DNA from: a virus
Taxonomy: Duplodnaviria; Caudoviricetes
Virus record (IMG/VR): IMGVR_UViG_3300012979_001162
Location: 1-64,000 of that record
Length of the DNA: 64,000 nucleotides
Direction: 5' to 3' (one strand)
Under the pieces are notes generated by a model, which saw only the letters and a program-made list of their open reading frames with translations, was not told the DNA's origin and did not search any database. Numbering within the stretch: the first letter of the stretch is position 1; the number at the start of each line of letters is the position of its first letter. Position numbers and translations under genes: made by a program. Positions 41,230-51,159 of the stretch are shown here, one piece after another.

Positions 41230-41535
41230 TTAAAGAATCGAATTCCAGAACTTGGAACTAAACAAACTAAGTATGTCATCGTCGGACGTATAAGAGTAAA
41301 TTCCATAATCATTCATATATGCCTTAAGAAGGTATATGCATTTTTCAAGCGCTTCATCGACTTCCTTCTTACGAGCATTCTTTTCCGTAGCACGAAGTTC
41401 TTTAAGTCTGTTTTTTTCTTCAATTCGCTTCTGCGCTTCACAGCTTAAAATGCAATGAGCGAGGTCTGACGGTGCCGAATATTCTTCATTGCAATAAGGA
41501 CAAGTGTAAAATGTATTTATATCTTTCATATTCAT
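41230..41535 (-). CDS. Hypothetical protein with C2HC Zn finger and coiled coil
   Basis: CPYC...HCILSC; start after AAAGGA and a 17-bp box. Confidence 0.65.
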   Translation of the reverse strand: MNMKDINTFYTCPYCNEEYSAPSDLAHCILSCEAQKRIEEKNRLKELRATEKNARKKEVDEALEKCIYLLKAYMNDYGIYSYTSDDDILSLFSSKFWNSIL

Positions 41536-41561
41536 TTTCCTTTCAATCATTTTGTATTGTT

Positions 41562-41777
41562 TTAATCTTTGGTAATGGTTGCCACGAAGCGTCCACAATG
41601 ACATTCATAAACTCCGGGAACGTTGCTATTAATTATCTCTCTAAAGCTTTCGCACATGCATTTATCTTTCTGTGGGTCAGAACGAATACTACAAGGGCAA
41701 ATGTGGTTATTTTCTTCGAGTTGTTTTAAAATTTCTGTCAGCAACTCTCTATCTTCCGTTTGTTTAATCTTAACCAT
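41562..41777 (-). CDS. Ferredoxin:thioredoxin reductase catalytic-subunit-like protein
   Basis: CPC...CMC...CHCG motif triplet. Confidence 0.75.
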   Translation of the reverse strand: MVKIKQTEDRELLTEILKQLEENNHICPCSIRSDPQKDKCMCESFREIINSNVPGVYECHCGRFVATITKD

Positions 41778-42238
41778 CAGTAATCCAATCCTTTCTTGTA
41801 AATATTCTGATTCGATGTAGCAAGAGTAATACCATACTGAACATTACTATCAGTGCATTTTTCGGGTTCATATCGACCACATTTCAAATAATCGCAACGA
41901 TCTTTAACTATTAATGGTACTTCGTTTAAATCATAGCGTGTAAAAATCCAAATTTTTTTATTAAATTGTTGTAAATAATCCAACAACTCAATTAACGATG
42001 CCATATTTTGATCTAATGGTTCGCCACCAAAAATCATAATATTATCAATCAATTCATCAAAAGATTGGATCTTGCTTTTTAAGAAAAGCAAATATTTATT
42101 ATCCAGCCTATCTCCAAGATTAAAATCCCAAGATTCTGGGTTGTGACACCCTTTGCAATGTGGCGAGCCATTGCAACCCGCCACATATATTTCGAACGCT
42201 TTATGTTTCAGTGTATACTGAGTACCTAAAATATTCAC
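41777..42238 (-). CDS. nrdG: Anaerobic RNR activase (radical SAM)
   Basis: GC..HCKGCHNPESW, GGEPL, TSNQ; adjacent to nrdD. Confidence 0.9.
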   Translation of the reverse strand: MNILGTQYTLKHKAFEIYVAGCNGSPHCKGCHNPESWDFNLGDRLDNKYLLFLKSKIQSFDELIDNIMIFGGEPLDQNMASLIELLDYLQQFNKKIWIFTRYDLNEVPLIVKDRCDYLKCGRYEPEKCTDSNVQYGITLATSNQNIYKKGLDY

Positions 42239-44148
42239 ACTTTCAACTCCTTAGACTTATAGAACTTTCTATGAGGATAATCCGCTTTTCTTCTAACTTT
42301 ATTCCAGTGCTTGACATTGGTTAGGAAACCAACTACTCGTGTATATTCCTCGATAATAGGCTTTCCACAAATTGAGCATACGCCATCAGTACCAACCGAC
42401 ATATGTCCGGCTTCACACAACTGAAGTACATAATTAATTGCGTGGTAAATAACGCCTTTCTTCGCGGTCACTCTAATTAAATCCATAAGGTCATGATAAT
42501 CTTCGATACGAGTATCGCAGTTCAAATGAAGTATGCTGCCGCCCGAGAAGTATTTATCAAGAGCCCCCTGAATATCAATTCTATCAAGCAAATCTGCACT
42601 CGCAATAAGGGGCACAAACTGATTAGAGTAAAGGTCATATTCATTCTGATACTTCATAATCTTGTCTTTTTCTGCAAACTTTACACTCAAAGACTCGCCC
42701 GGCACTTGCTCACAATTGTGGGGTGCTCCATACTGCTTTTCATATTTTGCATTTTCTGTATTAATGACATTGATTATACGAAGAGCAAAGTCTCTACCTT
42801 CTTCCGTAGTAATATCATATCCCATTTGCTCTAAACTTTCGTACAATGCGTTAACTCCACAGGTAGAATACTGCTTCGACAAATCCATAAATTCGTGCGT
42901 ATATAGGGGCTCATTACCGTTTTTGATACGCTTCTCTACAATCTTCCTCTTTGCGTTGTTGACTCTAGCACATACACCAACGAGACACTTGAGATCTTCG
43001 AAATATCCTTCTTCATCGCCTTTATGTTTAAATGCAAGTCTGGCAAAATTGATAGAGCATACACCAAGGCTACCAATCTTACTAGAACCAGAACCAAACG
43101 AATTGAAGTACTCAGACTTTTGCTCAGATCTAAGTCTACAACACGAGCTAAGCGTCGAACTATCACCACAATAAATATTGATAAATCCGAACTCAAGATT
43201 CTTCTTTGCAATCATCTCAAGAAATGCTTCATCTTTGATGTTCTTATCTTCATCTATGCTGAAGCACGCCGTAGTAACAGGGAATGTAAGAGGCACTCCT
43301 CTTCTGAGCTCTGCATTCATAATATCAAGATAAATTTCCTGAAGTCTCTGAATAATCTCCTTGTTGGGAGAAGAGCCGTCGGGGAAGATGTAGTCGTCGC
43401 AAAGCTTGTCGAGGAAGTAGTTGTCATACACAGATACATTGGTGAAGGGGCTTTGGTTGGCCCTTAAATCAAAGTTAACACTATATATAAAGCTGTCGAG
43501 CATCTCTTTTACATATGTCCAACAATCCTCTTCTGATGCAAACTTAAAATGCGCGTCAGACTTGGTTTCCAAAATATTAGAAACATAGTATGACATTGTA
43601 ACGAGCAAATCTGCGAGTCCAGTTGCTCCAAGTGTAGAGTTAGATGCGATGATAACAAACTGCTCCAACTGGGATTTAAATGCATGCAAGTACTTGGGAG
43701 GTTTACTCTTGACTTTGCTCGCCATACACAATCCCTTCATTAAAATGTCATAAGTTGAATAGTTAAAACAATACGGCTTTCCGGCTGCAATACCGTGCAT
43801 ATCGTGAGTATAAATATCTCCGCAGAGATTTGCTTCTACGGTCATATTCGCCACGGAAAGACCGTATAATCTCTTCATTTCCTTCCAAAGCACATAGTAA
43901 CTATTAAGTCTCTGAAAAGGCTTAGGCAATTCTACATCGTATGCCACAACGCTATTACTGGAAACATTAGCATTAGCATCAACGCTTGCGTCTGCCGTTA
44001 CCTTGGAAGCAAAAAAGTTTCTACTAAACTCAGACATATCCATCTGTTTTCCAATACCATCTAAATCAAATAAGGCATCAGGATATTTTGCCTTTAGATG
44101 CATATAAAGATCGTCAAATTCTTGATCATAAGTTGTCTTAAAATACAT
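42235..44148 (-). CDS. nrdD: Class III ribonucleotide reductase, no ATP cone
   Basis: QSPFTN, TFPV, SSCCRLR, YTRVVGFL glycyl-radical loop, CxxGH..CSICG Zn site. Confidence 0.93.
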   Translation of the reverse strand: MYFKTTYDQEFDDLYMHLKAKYPDALFDLDGIGKQMDMSEFSRNFFASKVTADASVDANANVSSNSVVAYDVELPKPFQRLNSYYVLWKEMKRLYGLSVANMTVEANLCGDIYTHDMHGIAAGKPYCFNYSTYDILMKGLCMASKVKSKPPKYLHAFKSQLEQFVIIASNSTLGATGLADLLVTMSYYVSNILETKSDAHFKFASEEDCWTYVKEMLDSFIYSVNFDLRANQSPFTNVSVYDNYFLDKLCDDYIFPDGSSPNKEIIQRLQEIYLDIMNAELRRGVPLTFPVTTACFSIDEDKNIKDEAFLEMIAKKNLEFGFINIYCGDSSTLSSCCRLRSEQKSEYFNSFGSGSSKIGSLGVCSINFARLAFKHKGDEEGYFEDLKCLVGVCARVNNAKRKIVEKRIKNGNEPLYTHEFMDLSKQYSTCGVNALYESLEQMGYDITTEEGRDFALRIINVINTENAKYEKQYGAPHNCEQVPGESLSVKFAEKDKIMKYQNEYDLYSNQFVPLIASADLLDRIDIQGALDKYFSGGSILHLNCDTRIEDYHDLMDLIRVTAKKGVIYHAINYVLQLCEAGHMSVGTDGVCSICGKPIIEEYTRVVGFLTNVKHWNKVRRKADYPHRKFYKSKELKV

Positions 44149-44149
44149 A

Positions 44150-44368
44150 TTACTGCTCCTTAATCCATTCTTGAAGTTGTTTTGTGTCGTAACATACACC
44201 GTCGATAATTGCAAACGGTGCTGATTTAATATTGTTTTCTTCTGCTACGGACATTACTGTGTCTTTATTGTCAATTACTTCAAAGTCAATCTTCTTTTTG
44301 TCCATCAACATTTGAAGTACCTTACATTTTGGACAGTGGATAGTGTAGTACTTAATTACTTTTCCCAT
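44150..44368 (-). CDS. Glutaredoxin/NrdH-like redoxin
   Basis: CPKC and SAP motifs, 72 aa. Confidence 0.85.
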   Translation of the reverse strand: MGKVIKYYTIHCPKCKVLQMLMDKKKIDFEVIDNKDTVMSVAEENNIKSAPFAIIDGVCYDTKQLQEWIKEQ

Positions 44369-44925
44369 TCTCTCTCTTTCCTTTCAATTGTATTTATTAC
44401 ATTATTTAATTCGCCCCAATGATGGAGACGGTAAATACTATAGACATAATCAGCATCATTATCTATGTTCCAGAGTTGACTAAAACATACTCTGTCTGCA
44501 AATGTGCTTTTCAGATTGTCCAATTTGTCATCTATTAATATATCCATATTGAGCAATGATTTATTATGAATTCTGATTAAATTCTGCTTTGGAATAAATG
44601 GAAAATATTTCTGCAACAGTTCTTCCTTCCATTCCATATTTCTTGCATCTGTCGATGTTGCCACATACACCTCATGTCCTTGCTCAACGAGAGTTTTAAC
44701 GGCTCTAACGGCACCCTTGTATGGTTGCAGACAAGAGTACGTTTCTTTGTCTACGAACAATTCAAGTAATTCATCAGCAACCTCTACAGGAAGACTGTCG
44801 TGCAAGTTGTATGTGGTTATTTGCGATAATTCGAGGTTTGTGTCGTGTTTTTGATTGTAAAGTTCAATAACCTTAGTAAGGGTTGGAAATAAAGTTTCAT
44901 CAAAGTCGATTGCTATTTTAAACAT
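44356..44925 (-). CDS. 5'(3')-deoxyribonucleotidase (HAD, NT5C-like)
   Basis: IAIDFDETL, ATS, K, LIDD, WN motifs. Confidence 0.85.
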   Translation of the reverse strand: MFKIAIDFDETLFPTLTKVIELYNQKHDTNLELSQITTYNLHDSLPVEVADELLELFVDKETYSCLQPYKGAVRAVKTLVEQGHEVYVATSTDARNMEWKEELLQKYFPFIPKQNLIRIHNKSLLNMDILIDDKLDNLKSTFADRVCFSQLWNIDNDADYVYSIYRLHHWGELNNVINTIERKEREWEK

Positions 44926-45502
44926 TTGACATCTCCTCTCGATCATTCTTCCACGCACCTTCTACGGTCGAAATCCACCTCAACACTGAATAAGCCTTTG
45001 CAACATCAATATTCGATATTGCATAATCAAAATCTGCATTTCTTAACATTTCGCGAAACTGACTGCGTTCATCCATATCCCTCTTCATAAAGGTAAGTCT
45101 ATCGTCGCCACGCTTGTTGAGCGCTCTATCTTTGCGGATTTCATCCGGTGTATTAACATATATGGTTACGAGCCTCAGATTTGGTAAATCGAGTTCTCTC
45201 AAATGTTGTACTCCTATAGGATCTATAACATACACATCGTTTTCGTATAATTGCTCAATGGTGCAACAATACCTATACGGTCCAATTTGTGTAAATGCGG
45301 CAATACGACCAGAGTCTTCAAGTACTTGATATTCCTCATTGGAAACGAAGATATGCGTATCGCCCTCATTTGTTCGGCGTGGGCGCGTTGTGTAACTAAT
45401 CAACTGCTTAAGCCCAGTTCGATTAGTTAATTTATTGACCAATGTGTCTTTGCCTGATGCTGTACGCCCCATAATTAATAACAGTGTATGTTCTTTATTC
45501 AT
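44918..45502 (-). CDS. gmk: Guanylate kinase-like protein
   Basis: GRTASGKDT P-loop, SYTTRPRRTNE, HIFVS. Confidence 0.88.
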   Translation of the reverse strand: MNKEHTLLLIMGRTASGKDTLVNKLTNRTGLKQLISYTTRPRRTNEGDTHIFVSNEEYQVLEDSGRIAAFTQIGPYRYCCTIEQLYENDVYVIDPIGVQHLRELDLPNLRLVTIYVNTPDEIRKDRALNKRGDDRLTFMKRDMDERSQFREMLRNADFDYAISNIDVAKAYSVLRWISTVEGAWKNDREEMSNV

Positions 45503-46262
45503 CTATATTCACCTCTATTCCATACTGCTGATATAAATGTTTTTGTGGTGCAAGCTCACCATAATATAGAACTTCTGCCGCAAGTCTCGCTTTAATGGCA
45601 TCATCCTTATTATTGAAACACCCAAGGTTAATCATCTTGTTGTCAACACCAATTCTCGCACACCATTTTTCTATTCCTTTATGCCAACCAACACCAGAAA
45701 CACCAGATGTATTATTTTTATGTCTGGATTGATTTTTCATATTCTCTAACGAGGTTGCTTTGCGTAAATTTGATTTGCGATTATCCAAAGGATTTCTGTT
45801 AATGTGGTCATGGTATGTACCAACAATTAAATAATGCATTGATATCATTCGCTTTGCTTCAATATCTTTGGCTCGCAAAGCATGATACCCAGACGAAGAA
45901 ACATATTCACTCCAACAATAATCCTTAATAATGTCGTAGTCCTCTAAGTCAAAATAAAATGGAGTCTTTGTGTTGTGACAATATCCTATTCCATATTCGC
46001 CACTTAAATCATATTTATTTGTTTCGCGACGTCTTTTGCCGTTTTTAGTTGAAATTTCAATCATAAGACATCCACAAGAATTTGTCCTACCTCTTTTTAA
46101 GTCATTTTGCATAACAACAAACTCATTATCTGGTGTACAACTACAAAACACATACCATCTGGCATAACGTTTCCCAGAGTTGCTTATGTAATCTTCTGCT
46201 TGCCGAACCACTTTTAACCTTCCAAATTCTCTTCCGGTCAAATCTTCTTTCACCTTAACCAT
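45495..46262 (-). CDS. Free-standing HNH endonuclease with AP2 domain
   Basis: DHINRNPLDNRKSNLR; NTSGVSGV.W...W.ARI...LG.F...AIKAR. Confidence 0.88.
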   Translation of the reverse strand: MVKVKEDLTGREFGRLKVVRQAEDYISNSGKRYARWYVFCSCTPDNEFVVMQNDLKRGRTNSCGCLMIEISTKNGKRRRETNKYDLSGEYGIGYCHNTKTPFYFDLEDYDIIKDYCWSEYVSSSGYHALRAKDIEAKRMISMHYLIVGTYHDHINRNPLDNRKSNLRKATSLENMKNQSRHKNNTSGVSGVGWHKGIEKWCARIGVDNKMINLGCFNNKDDAIKARLAAEVLYYGELAPQKHLYQQYGIEVNIDE

Positions 46263-46914
46263 CTTCTTCCTCCAAACACATTTCCTTAAAATAAGGAAGA
46301 GTTTCGATCCATGCACAGTAGTCGTGCCACTCCTTAAGTTTATGGTGTTTTCTTGCATGATACTGATTGAGAAATGTTTCGTAGTTAAGTGTTACAGTAC
46401 GAAGTTGGTTGTAACTACTCGGAAGGGTTTGAATCATTCTCCACCAATATTTTTTGTCTTTAGTTTCGAGGAACTTTTCTCTACTCTCATTCAAATAATC
46501 CAGTGTGTCATAAAAGCAATCCGGGATGTCGCAGTTCAACTGGTCTATTGAAAAATCAGATAGATAAAAAGGCTTGGCGTGTATCTTGTGCATAGTTGAA
46601 CAAGAATTGGAGACAGTCGCTACTTTGTAAGTATCAAATTCCTTCCACCAATAAAGCGGAGCCGTGATATCTACACTCACAAAAATCTGCCTCAGGAACT
46701 TTCTATGGTCGCTTCCAGCTTTTACAAGTTTTCTCGCAAGAGCAAGGTCGTTAGGACCAAGAACGAACTTAACCTCATCATTAGGATTGATGATGCTCGG
46801 ATCTTCGACAAACTCCCAATCGCTATCCATTCTATCCCAACTATTCATAGGATTACGAGCGCCACGAATAGCATTGTCCATGTTCATTACGCTAGTTCTG
46901 TCAAGTTTAATCAT
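46255..46914 (-). CDS. ThyX-fold-like conserved phage protein
   Basis: HRKFLRQI.V..DITAPLYWWKEFDTY...STMH...RKHHKLKEW; in nucleotide cluster; activity uncertain. Confidence 0.55.
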   Translation of the reverse strand: MIKLDRTSVMNMDNAIRGARNPMNSWDRMDSDWEFVEDPSIINPNDEVKFVLGPNDLALARKLVKAGSDHRKFLRQIFVSVDITAPLYWWKEFDTYKVATVSNSCSTMHKIHAKPFYLSDFSIDQLNCDIPDCFYDTLDYLNESREKFLETKDKKYWWRMIQTLPSSYNQLRTVTLNYETFLNQYHARKHHKLKEWHDYCAWIETLPYFKEMCLEEEDG

Positions 46915-46915
46915 T

Positions 46916-47068
46916 TCAGACCTCCACCTTTACCAACCCATATTGCTCACAGATGCATTCTACACTACAAAATATTCTGCCCTCTGAATCAACATAATAC
47001 TCTTTGTCTTCGTTTGTTATTGGATTGCCACAACATTCGCAGGTGCCAAAGTTTCTAATCTCATCCAT
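46916..47068 (-). CDS. Small Zn-finger protein
   Basis: CECCG...FCSVEC; start MDEIR after AAGGAG. Confidence 0.65.
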   Translation of the reverse strand: MDEIRNFGTCECCGNPITNEDKEYYVDSEGRIFCSVECICEQYGLVKVEV

Positions 47069-47402
47069 TGTTACCGTCTCCTTCCATGTAGAATTTCTTT
47101 TTCTCATAAAGGATGCCATTAACAGGATTATCGTCAATTGCATCCTGGGGAAGAAGTCGTTGTGTTCTTGGCAAATCTTTGTATGCCTCCGACATTACAT
47201 CGTCCCACTGTTGCTTTGTTAATTCACAGATCGTCCTATCGCCATATACAGGCACACAATAAGGCAGGAAGGCGTGATCTTGGTAGTTAAAGTCGTACTT
47301 ACGCTTTCTAATACGTTCAATAAGAGCCTTTCTTCTATCTTCTGTAAAAGTTACTCTCTGACAATAACCTGAATAGCAACTGGTCCATCCTATAACTGTC
47401 AT
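47061..47402 (-). CDS. Hypothetical protein
   Basis: Overlap-coupled with neighbours, GAGG RBS. Confidence 0.65.
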   Translation of the reverse strand: MTVIGWTSCYSGYCQRVTFTEDRRKALIERIRKRKYDFNYQDHAFLPYCVPVYGDRTICELTKQQWDDVMSEAYKDLPRTQRLLPQDAIDDNPVNGILYEKKKFYMEGDGNNG

Positions 47403-47704
47403 ACCTCATCACCTTCCGTCGCTTCTTTCAAATCATTTTGTTGTGTTTCTTGTTGCTTCAACTGCACAGATACAATCTCGACAACTCTCTTAATCGCTCT
47501 CTGATAATCACGCAAACTAGACTGAGAGCCCTTCTTAAGATTTTTCTCAATTGCCCCATAGACTGCTGCGGCAATAAAGGTGGCACCCACTTTCATTCCT
47601 GAAGTTCTTGTGCTTTCAAACCACTTTTCAATCACCTTGCGCAGCTCTTCTTCGGATGCGTTCTGAATTTCAGAGACCACCTCTGTCATTTTTGTTTCTT
47701 CCAT
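47399..47704 (-). CDS. Hypothetical protein
   Basis: GAGG RBS; first gene after a composite promoter. Confidence 0.65.
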   Translation of the reverse strand: MEETKMTEVVSEIQNASEEELRKVIEKWFESTRTSGMKVGATFIAAAVYGAIEKNLKKGSQSSLRDYQRAIKRVVEIVSVQLKQQETQQNDLKEATEGDEV

Positions 47705-47731
47705 AATACATTCCTCTCTATGTTATTGTAC

Positions 47732-47812
47732 AATCATTTTGTACTGTAACTATTATATCACTTTATTAAAAATTGTCAACATACGTTTCTGTTAGTTTAC
47801 AATTTATTTACA
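47732..47812 (-). promoter_or_regulatory. Composite promoter: direct repeat, sigma-A core and 17-bp box
   Basis: TGTAAA-N5-TGTAAA(47812-796), N16, TTGACA(47779)-N16-TATAAT(47757), TACAGTACAAAATGATT(47748-32). Confidence 0.82.
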
Positions 47813-47813
47813 A

Positions 47814-48242
47814 TTATCTAGGAATTGAACACTCCCAATACTTCTTGGTTACATAGACATCATATTCGTCTTCGTACTTAAACACAACTACTATGGTGTT
47901 TCCGGAGCCTGTCAAATAGTGACCATAATCTTCTGTATCACTCTCTGCCACACGCAATCTCTCCCTAACCCACTCTTGGATTTTTGCATTGTCTATATCT
48001 ATTGCATTGTCACTTGGAGGCATAAAGTGGAGAGGAAATTCAATATTACTAGAATTTAAATCGATCCCCTCAGGTTCATCTACAAAGACCTTTGTTCCAC
48101 AATTGGGACAGATAAGTTCTCTGCCACCGAAAACGCCGATATAAGTATCACCCTTTTCGTATTCAAGAAGTGTTCCACATTCGTTGCATCTTGCTCTGTA
48201 AATCTTGGGTAACTCCTCGTTCTCTTTAATTACTCTTATCAT
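47814..48242 (-). CDS. Hypothetical Zn-ribbon protein
   Basis: CNECG...CPNCG; GGAGG RBS. Confidence 0.7.
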   Translation of the reverse strand: MIRVIKENEELPKIYRARCNECGTLLEYEKGDTYIGVFGGRELICPNCGTKVFVDEPEGIDLNSSNIEFPLHFMPPSDNAIDIDNAKIQEWVRERLRVAESDTEDYGHYLTGSGNTIVVVFKYEDEYDVYVTKKYWECSIPR

Positions 48243-48388
48243 ACATTTTCCTCCATAAGTGTTTTAAGTTCTTTGAGAATATTCTCGTAGCTTCCTCTTG
48301 AAGATATCTACTTGCCGTTAAGATACAAGTCATAACCTCTATCTTCGCACAATTTGATAGTAAAATCGTGTACTGTTTTGTTTGCCAT
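48239..48388 (-). pseudogene. 49-codon ORF interrupted by in-frame TAG
   Basis: MANKTVHDFTIKLCEDRGYDLYLNGK*ISSRGSYENILKELKTLMEENV; GGAGGAG RBS; final TGA overlaps next ATG. Confidence 0.55.
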
Positions 48389-48391
48389 TGT

Positions 48392-50356
48392 TTACTCCTC
48401 CAACATTTTCATTAATTCATCTTCATATACAACCTTGACACCAAGACTCTGTGCTTTGGTAAGTTTAGACCCAGCCTTTTCACCACAGAAGAGCACATCG
48501 AGATTTTTGCTTACGCTACTTACAAACTTAGCACCCTTGGCCTCAAGTTTTTCTTTGAGTACATCTCTGCTCTGTGAGAAACTTCCGGTAATACAGAATT
48601 TCAAACCATTGAGAGGATTATCTACAACCTCTACCTTAGTCTGCACAACAAATCTCATCTCGGCAGCCAAATCAACGATTTCTGCCTCATTTTCCGTTAA
48701 GTACTTAGTGATTTCTGCAGAAGTTTTATCGCCAACACCTTCTAATTCACACCAATTATAGCCATCCTCAAATGCCTTATAAAACGCATTAAAATCACCG
48801 TTGAATGCATCTGCAAGAGTTTTAGATGCAGACTTGCCTACGCCATCTATACCGAGTGCAGTAATGAAATTTTCTAGCTTAACATCCCTTGAATTTTCAA
48901 TGGATTTTAGCAGAGTACTTACGGATTTTTCGCCCATACCTTCTAACCTAGTAAGTGATTGTTTGTGTTCGTTAAGGTGATAAATATCCTTATAAGTGTG
49001 CAGAAAATCGTGTGAAATTAGAGTTTCTAGCGTCTTCTCTGAGAGTCCTCGAATATCCATACAATTTTTGCTTACAAAATGAGTAAATTTAGCAAGGCTT
49101 CTAGAGGGACAGTGTTCGTTGGGGCAATACAATACGTTAGCCGTTCCGGTATTCTTGATAATAAGCTCCGTGCCACAGGAAGGGCATTTATCAATGATTG
49201 GTAGCTGATAATTCTCAGAGTTATAATCCAAATTAACCTCGATGGCAGGAATAACCATATTTCGTTTACTGCAACAAATTCGATCTCCAATTCTTAATTT
49301 TAAATTATTGATATAGTCCAAATTGTGTAGTGTGGCACGAGAAACCTGTGAATCTAAAATAGATATTGCGTCGAACAAACCAGTAGGCGTAACAATTCCG
49401 TTTCGCGATGTATTCCACTCTATCCCTCTAAATACCGTCTCAACTAAATCATCCTGTTCCTTCTTTGCGAGACCATAGTTATAGTGATGACTTGTTCTGC
49501 CAAGCGACATGCCATACGCATAGTCGTCATAACGAATAACGACTCCATCGCACGGAATACCATTATCATCTGCATATTTGTGAACCATACTGATAATGTC
49601 TGGGGTTTCCTCCATCCCCATATTACCAGTCTTTATGCGATAGATTACCTCGAACCCAAGACTTTCAAGAATGTTAAATCTTTCATTTAACGAATTAATA
49701 TCATCCATTCCTTCTATAACATCGAAGGCCATAAAATGTATATGTCTTTTTGCACACTCGCTACTATCAAGAAGTGAAAGACTTCCACTTGCTAGATTTC
49801 TACAATTAGCATATTTATCTTCTTCCGGCAAAGATGCGTTAATTTTATCAAGTTCATCTTTTAGTATAACGCTCTCTCCAACAACAGTAAAATCTTTGCC
49901 ATAATTAACTTTTAACGGAATATTAAAAGTTTTTGCATTATGGGTGATTAGGCTACCCTCAACTCCATTGCCACGAGTTGATGCTTCAATAAGCTCCGCC
50001 GTTACGCCGTCATATGATTTATAGATCAACTTGGTTGTCAATCCATCGCCTTTAATCATAAATAAAACATCTTTATCACCCGTAAACTTTACAACGTCTT
50101 CTACGGATTTCGTTTTTGCCAAACTCAATAAAGGAATGTTGTGTTGTACCTTAGGTAATGTATCTACCACCTCGTATCCAACAGATTGCGTTGGTGAATT
50201 GGCAAAATAACAATTCGTTTCTTTTTCGAGTTCTGCCAACTCATCAAAATATCGATCATATACATCGTCTGTAACCAATGGCTGGTGATTATAATAAGCA
50301 TCTCTGTATTGATTACATAATTCAATTAATTCTTTTATCTTCTTTATCTGCTTCAT
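48392..50356 (-). CDS. ligA: NAD-dependent DNA ligase
   Basis: AYY...YD, LLSL, KGDG, STRGNG, RNLASG, Zn finger, HhH, BRCT (CITGS...GSKLTKA). Confidence 0.95.
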   Translation of the reverse strand: MKQIKKIKELIELCNQYRDAYYNHQPLVTDDVYDRYFDELAELEKETNCYFANSPTQSVGYEVVDTLPKVQHNIPLLSLAKTKSVEDVVKFTGDKDVLFMIKGDGLTTKLIYKSYDGVTAELIEASTRGNGVEGSLITHNAKTFNIPLKVNYGKDFTVVGESVILKDELDKINASLPEEDKYANCRNLASGSLSLLDSSECAKRHIHFMAFDVIEGMDDINSLNERFNILESLGFEVIYRIKTGNMGMEETPDIISMVHKYADDNGIPCDGVVIRYDDYAYGMSLGRTSHHYNYGLAKKEQDDLVETVFRGIEWNTSRNGIVTPTGLFDAISILDSQVSRATLHNLDYINNLKLRIGDRICCSKRNMVIPAIEVNLDYNSENYQLPIIDKCPSCGTELIIKNTGTANVLYCPNEHCPSRSLAKFTHFVSKNCMDIRGLSEKTLETLISHDFLHTYKDIYHLNEHKQSLTRLEGMGEKSVSTLLKSIENSRDVKLENFITALGIDGVGKSASKTLADAFNGDFNAFYKAFEDGYNWCELEGVGDKTSAEITKYLTENEAEIVDLAAEMRFVVQTKVEVVDNPLNGLKFCITGSFSQSRDVLKEKLEAKGAKFVSSVSKNLDVLFCGEKAGSKLTKAQSLGVKVVYEDELMKMLEE

Positions 50357-51080
50357 CTTCTTTGTACCTCCAAATAAATCCCCCAGAACTTTGTGATCCT
50401 CCACGACAACATCTGGTAATTCCGGTATAGCAAATACCTAAAGCGATTGAGGCATCCTTAGCACATTCCCACGCCTTGATAAAATTTCCGTCCATATCAT
50501 ATTGGAAAGCTATTCTTGCCCTAGGATTTTCTGAGCCAATATTCTGGTCTTTGTGAATGTTTGACATATGTTGTCTATATTCTTCGTTCTTCCATCTATC
50601 TTTTGCCAAATCGCTTAGTAGTTGCTTTGTTTCCTCTGAATGTTCTTTATTGAAGAATGGATTGTTTTCTCCTGCCAATTTGTGATTTCCATAATTGGGG
50701 TTCTTGCTTCCTATATATGTTTTGGCATGTTCGCTTCTGCGCATTCTTTCAGTATCACTTATAGGTATCCCCTCGGCTCCACCCTCTCCACCAGAAGAAA
50801 TGTTATAGCCATATAATTTGTTGTTTGATTTGTAATAAGCAATCAATTCCTTTTCTTTGTTTGCCGCCTCTTCTTTTGGTAAGGCGGTAAACACTATTTC
50901 ATGTTCAAAATTATCCCAACCATATTTTTGAATTGCACTGTTGAAATATTGATTATTTTTATATCCATTACCCTTATGCCATCGTTTTTCTGGTGGTTCT
51001 TGGCATGTCATCCCAATATATACTTTTCCACTTGGGCTGGTGTGCTTGTATACACAATAAAGTTTTTCTTCATTTCCCAT
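50322..51080 (-). CDS. Free-standing GIY-YIG endonuclease (NUMOD3/NUMOD1)
   Basis: CVYKH...VYIG, GYNISSGG, NPFFNKEHSEETK, C-terminal HTH; 3' end overlaps ligA start. Confidence 0.88.
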   Translation of the reverse strand: MGNEEKLYCVYKHTSPSGKVYIGMTCQEPPEKRWHKGNGYKNNQYFNSAIQKYGWDNFEHEIVFTALPKEEAANKEKELIAYYKSNNKLYGYNISSGGEGGAEGIPISDTERMRRSEHAKTYIGSKNPNYGNHKLAGENNPFFNKEHSEETKQLLSDLAKDRWKNEEYRQHMSNIHKDQNIGSENPRARIAFQYDMDGNFIKAWECAKDASIALGICYTGITRCCRGGSQSSGGFIWRYKEDEADKEDKRIN

Positions 51081-51159
51081 AAATCCTTTATAAATAATTT
51101 CTTCTTTTGTAGAATTTTTTACATTATTTATTAAACCTCCTTAATCATTCTGTACTGTA

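Noticed and set aside
49073-49083. Antisense copy of the 17-bp box in ligA (ACAAAATGAG)
   Set aside because: Only 9 of 11 core bases match and the 5' half is missing; likely chance
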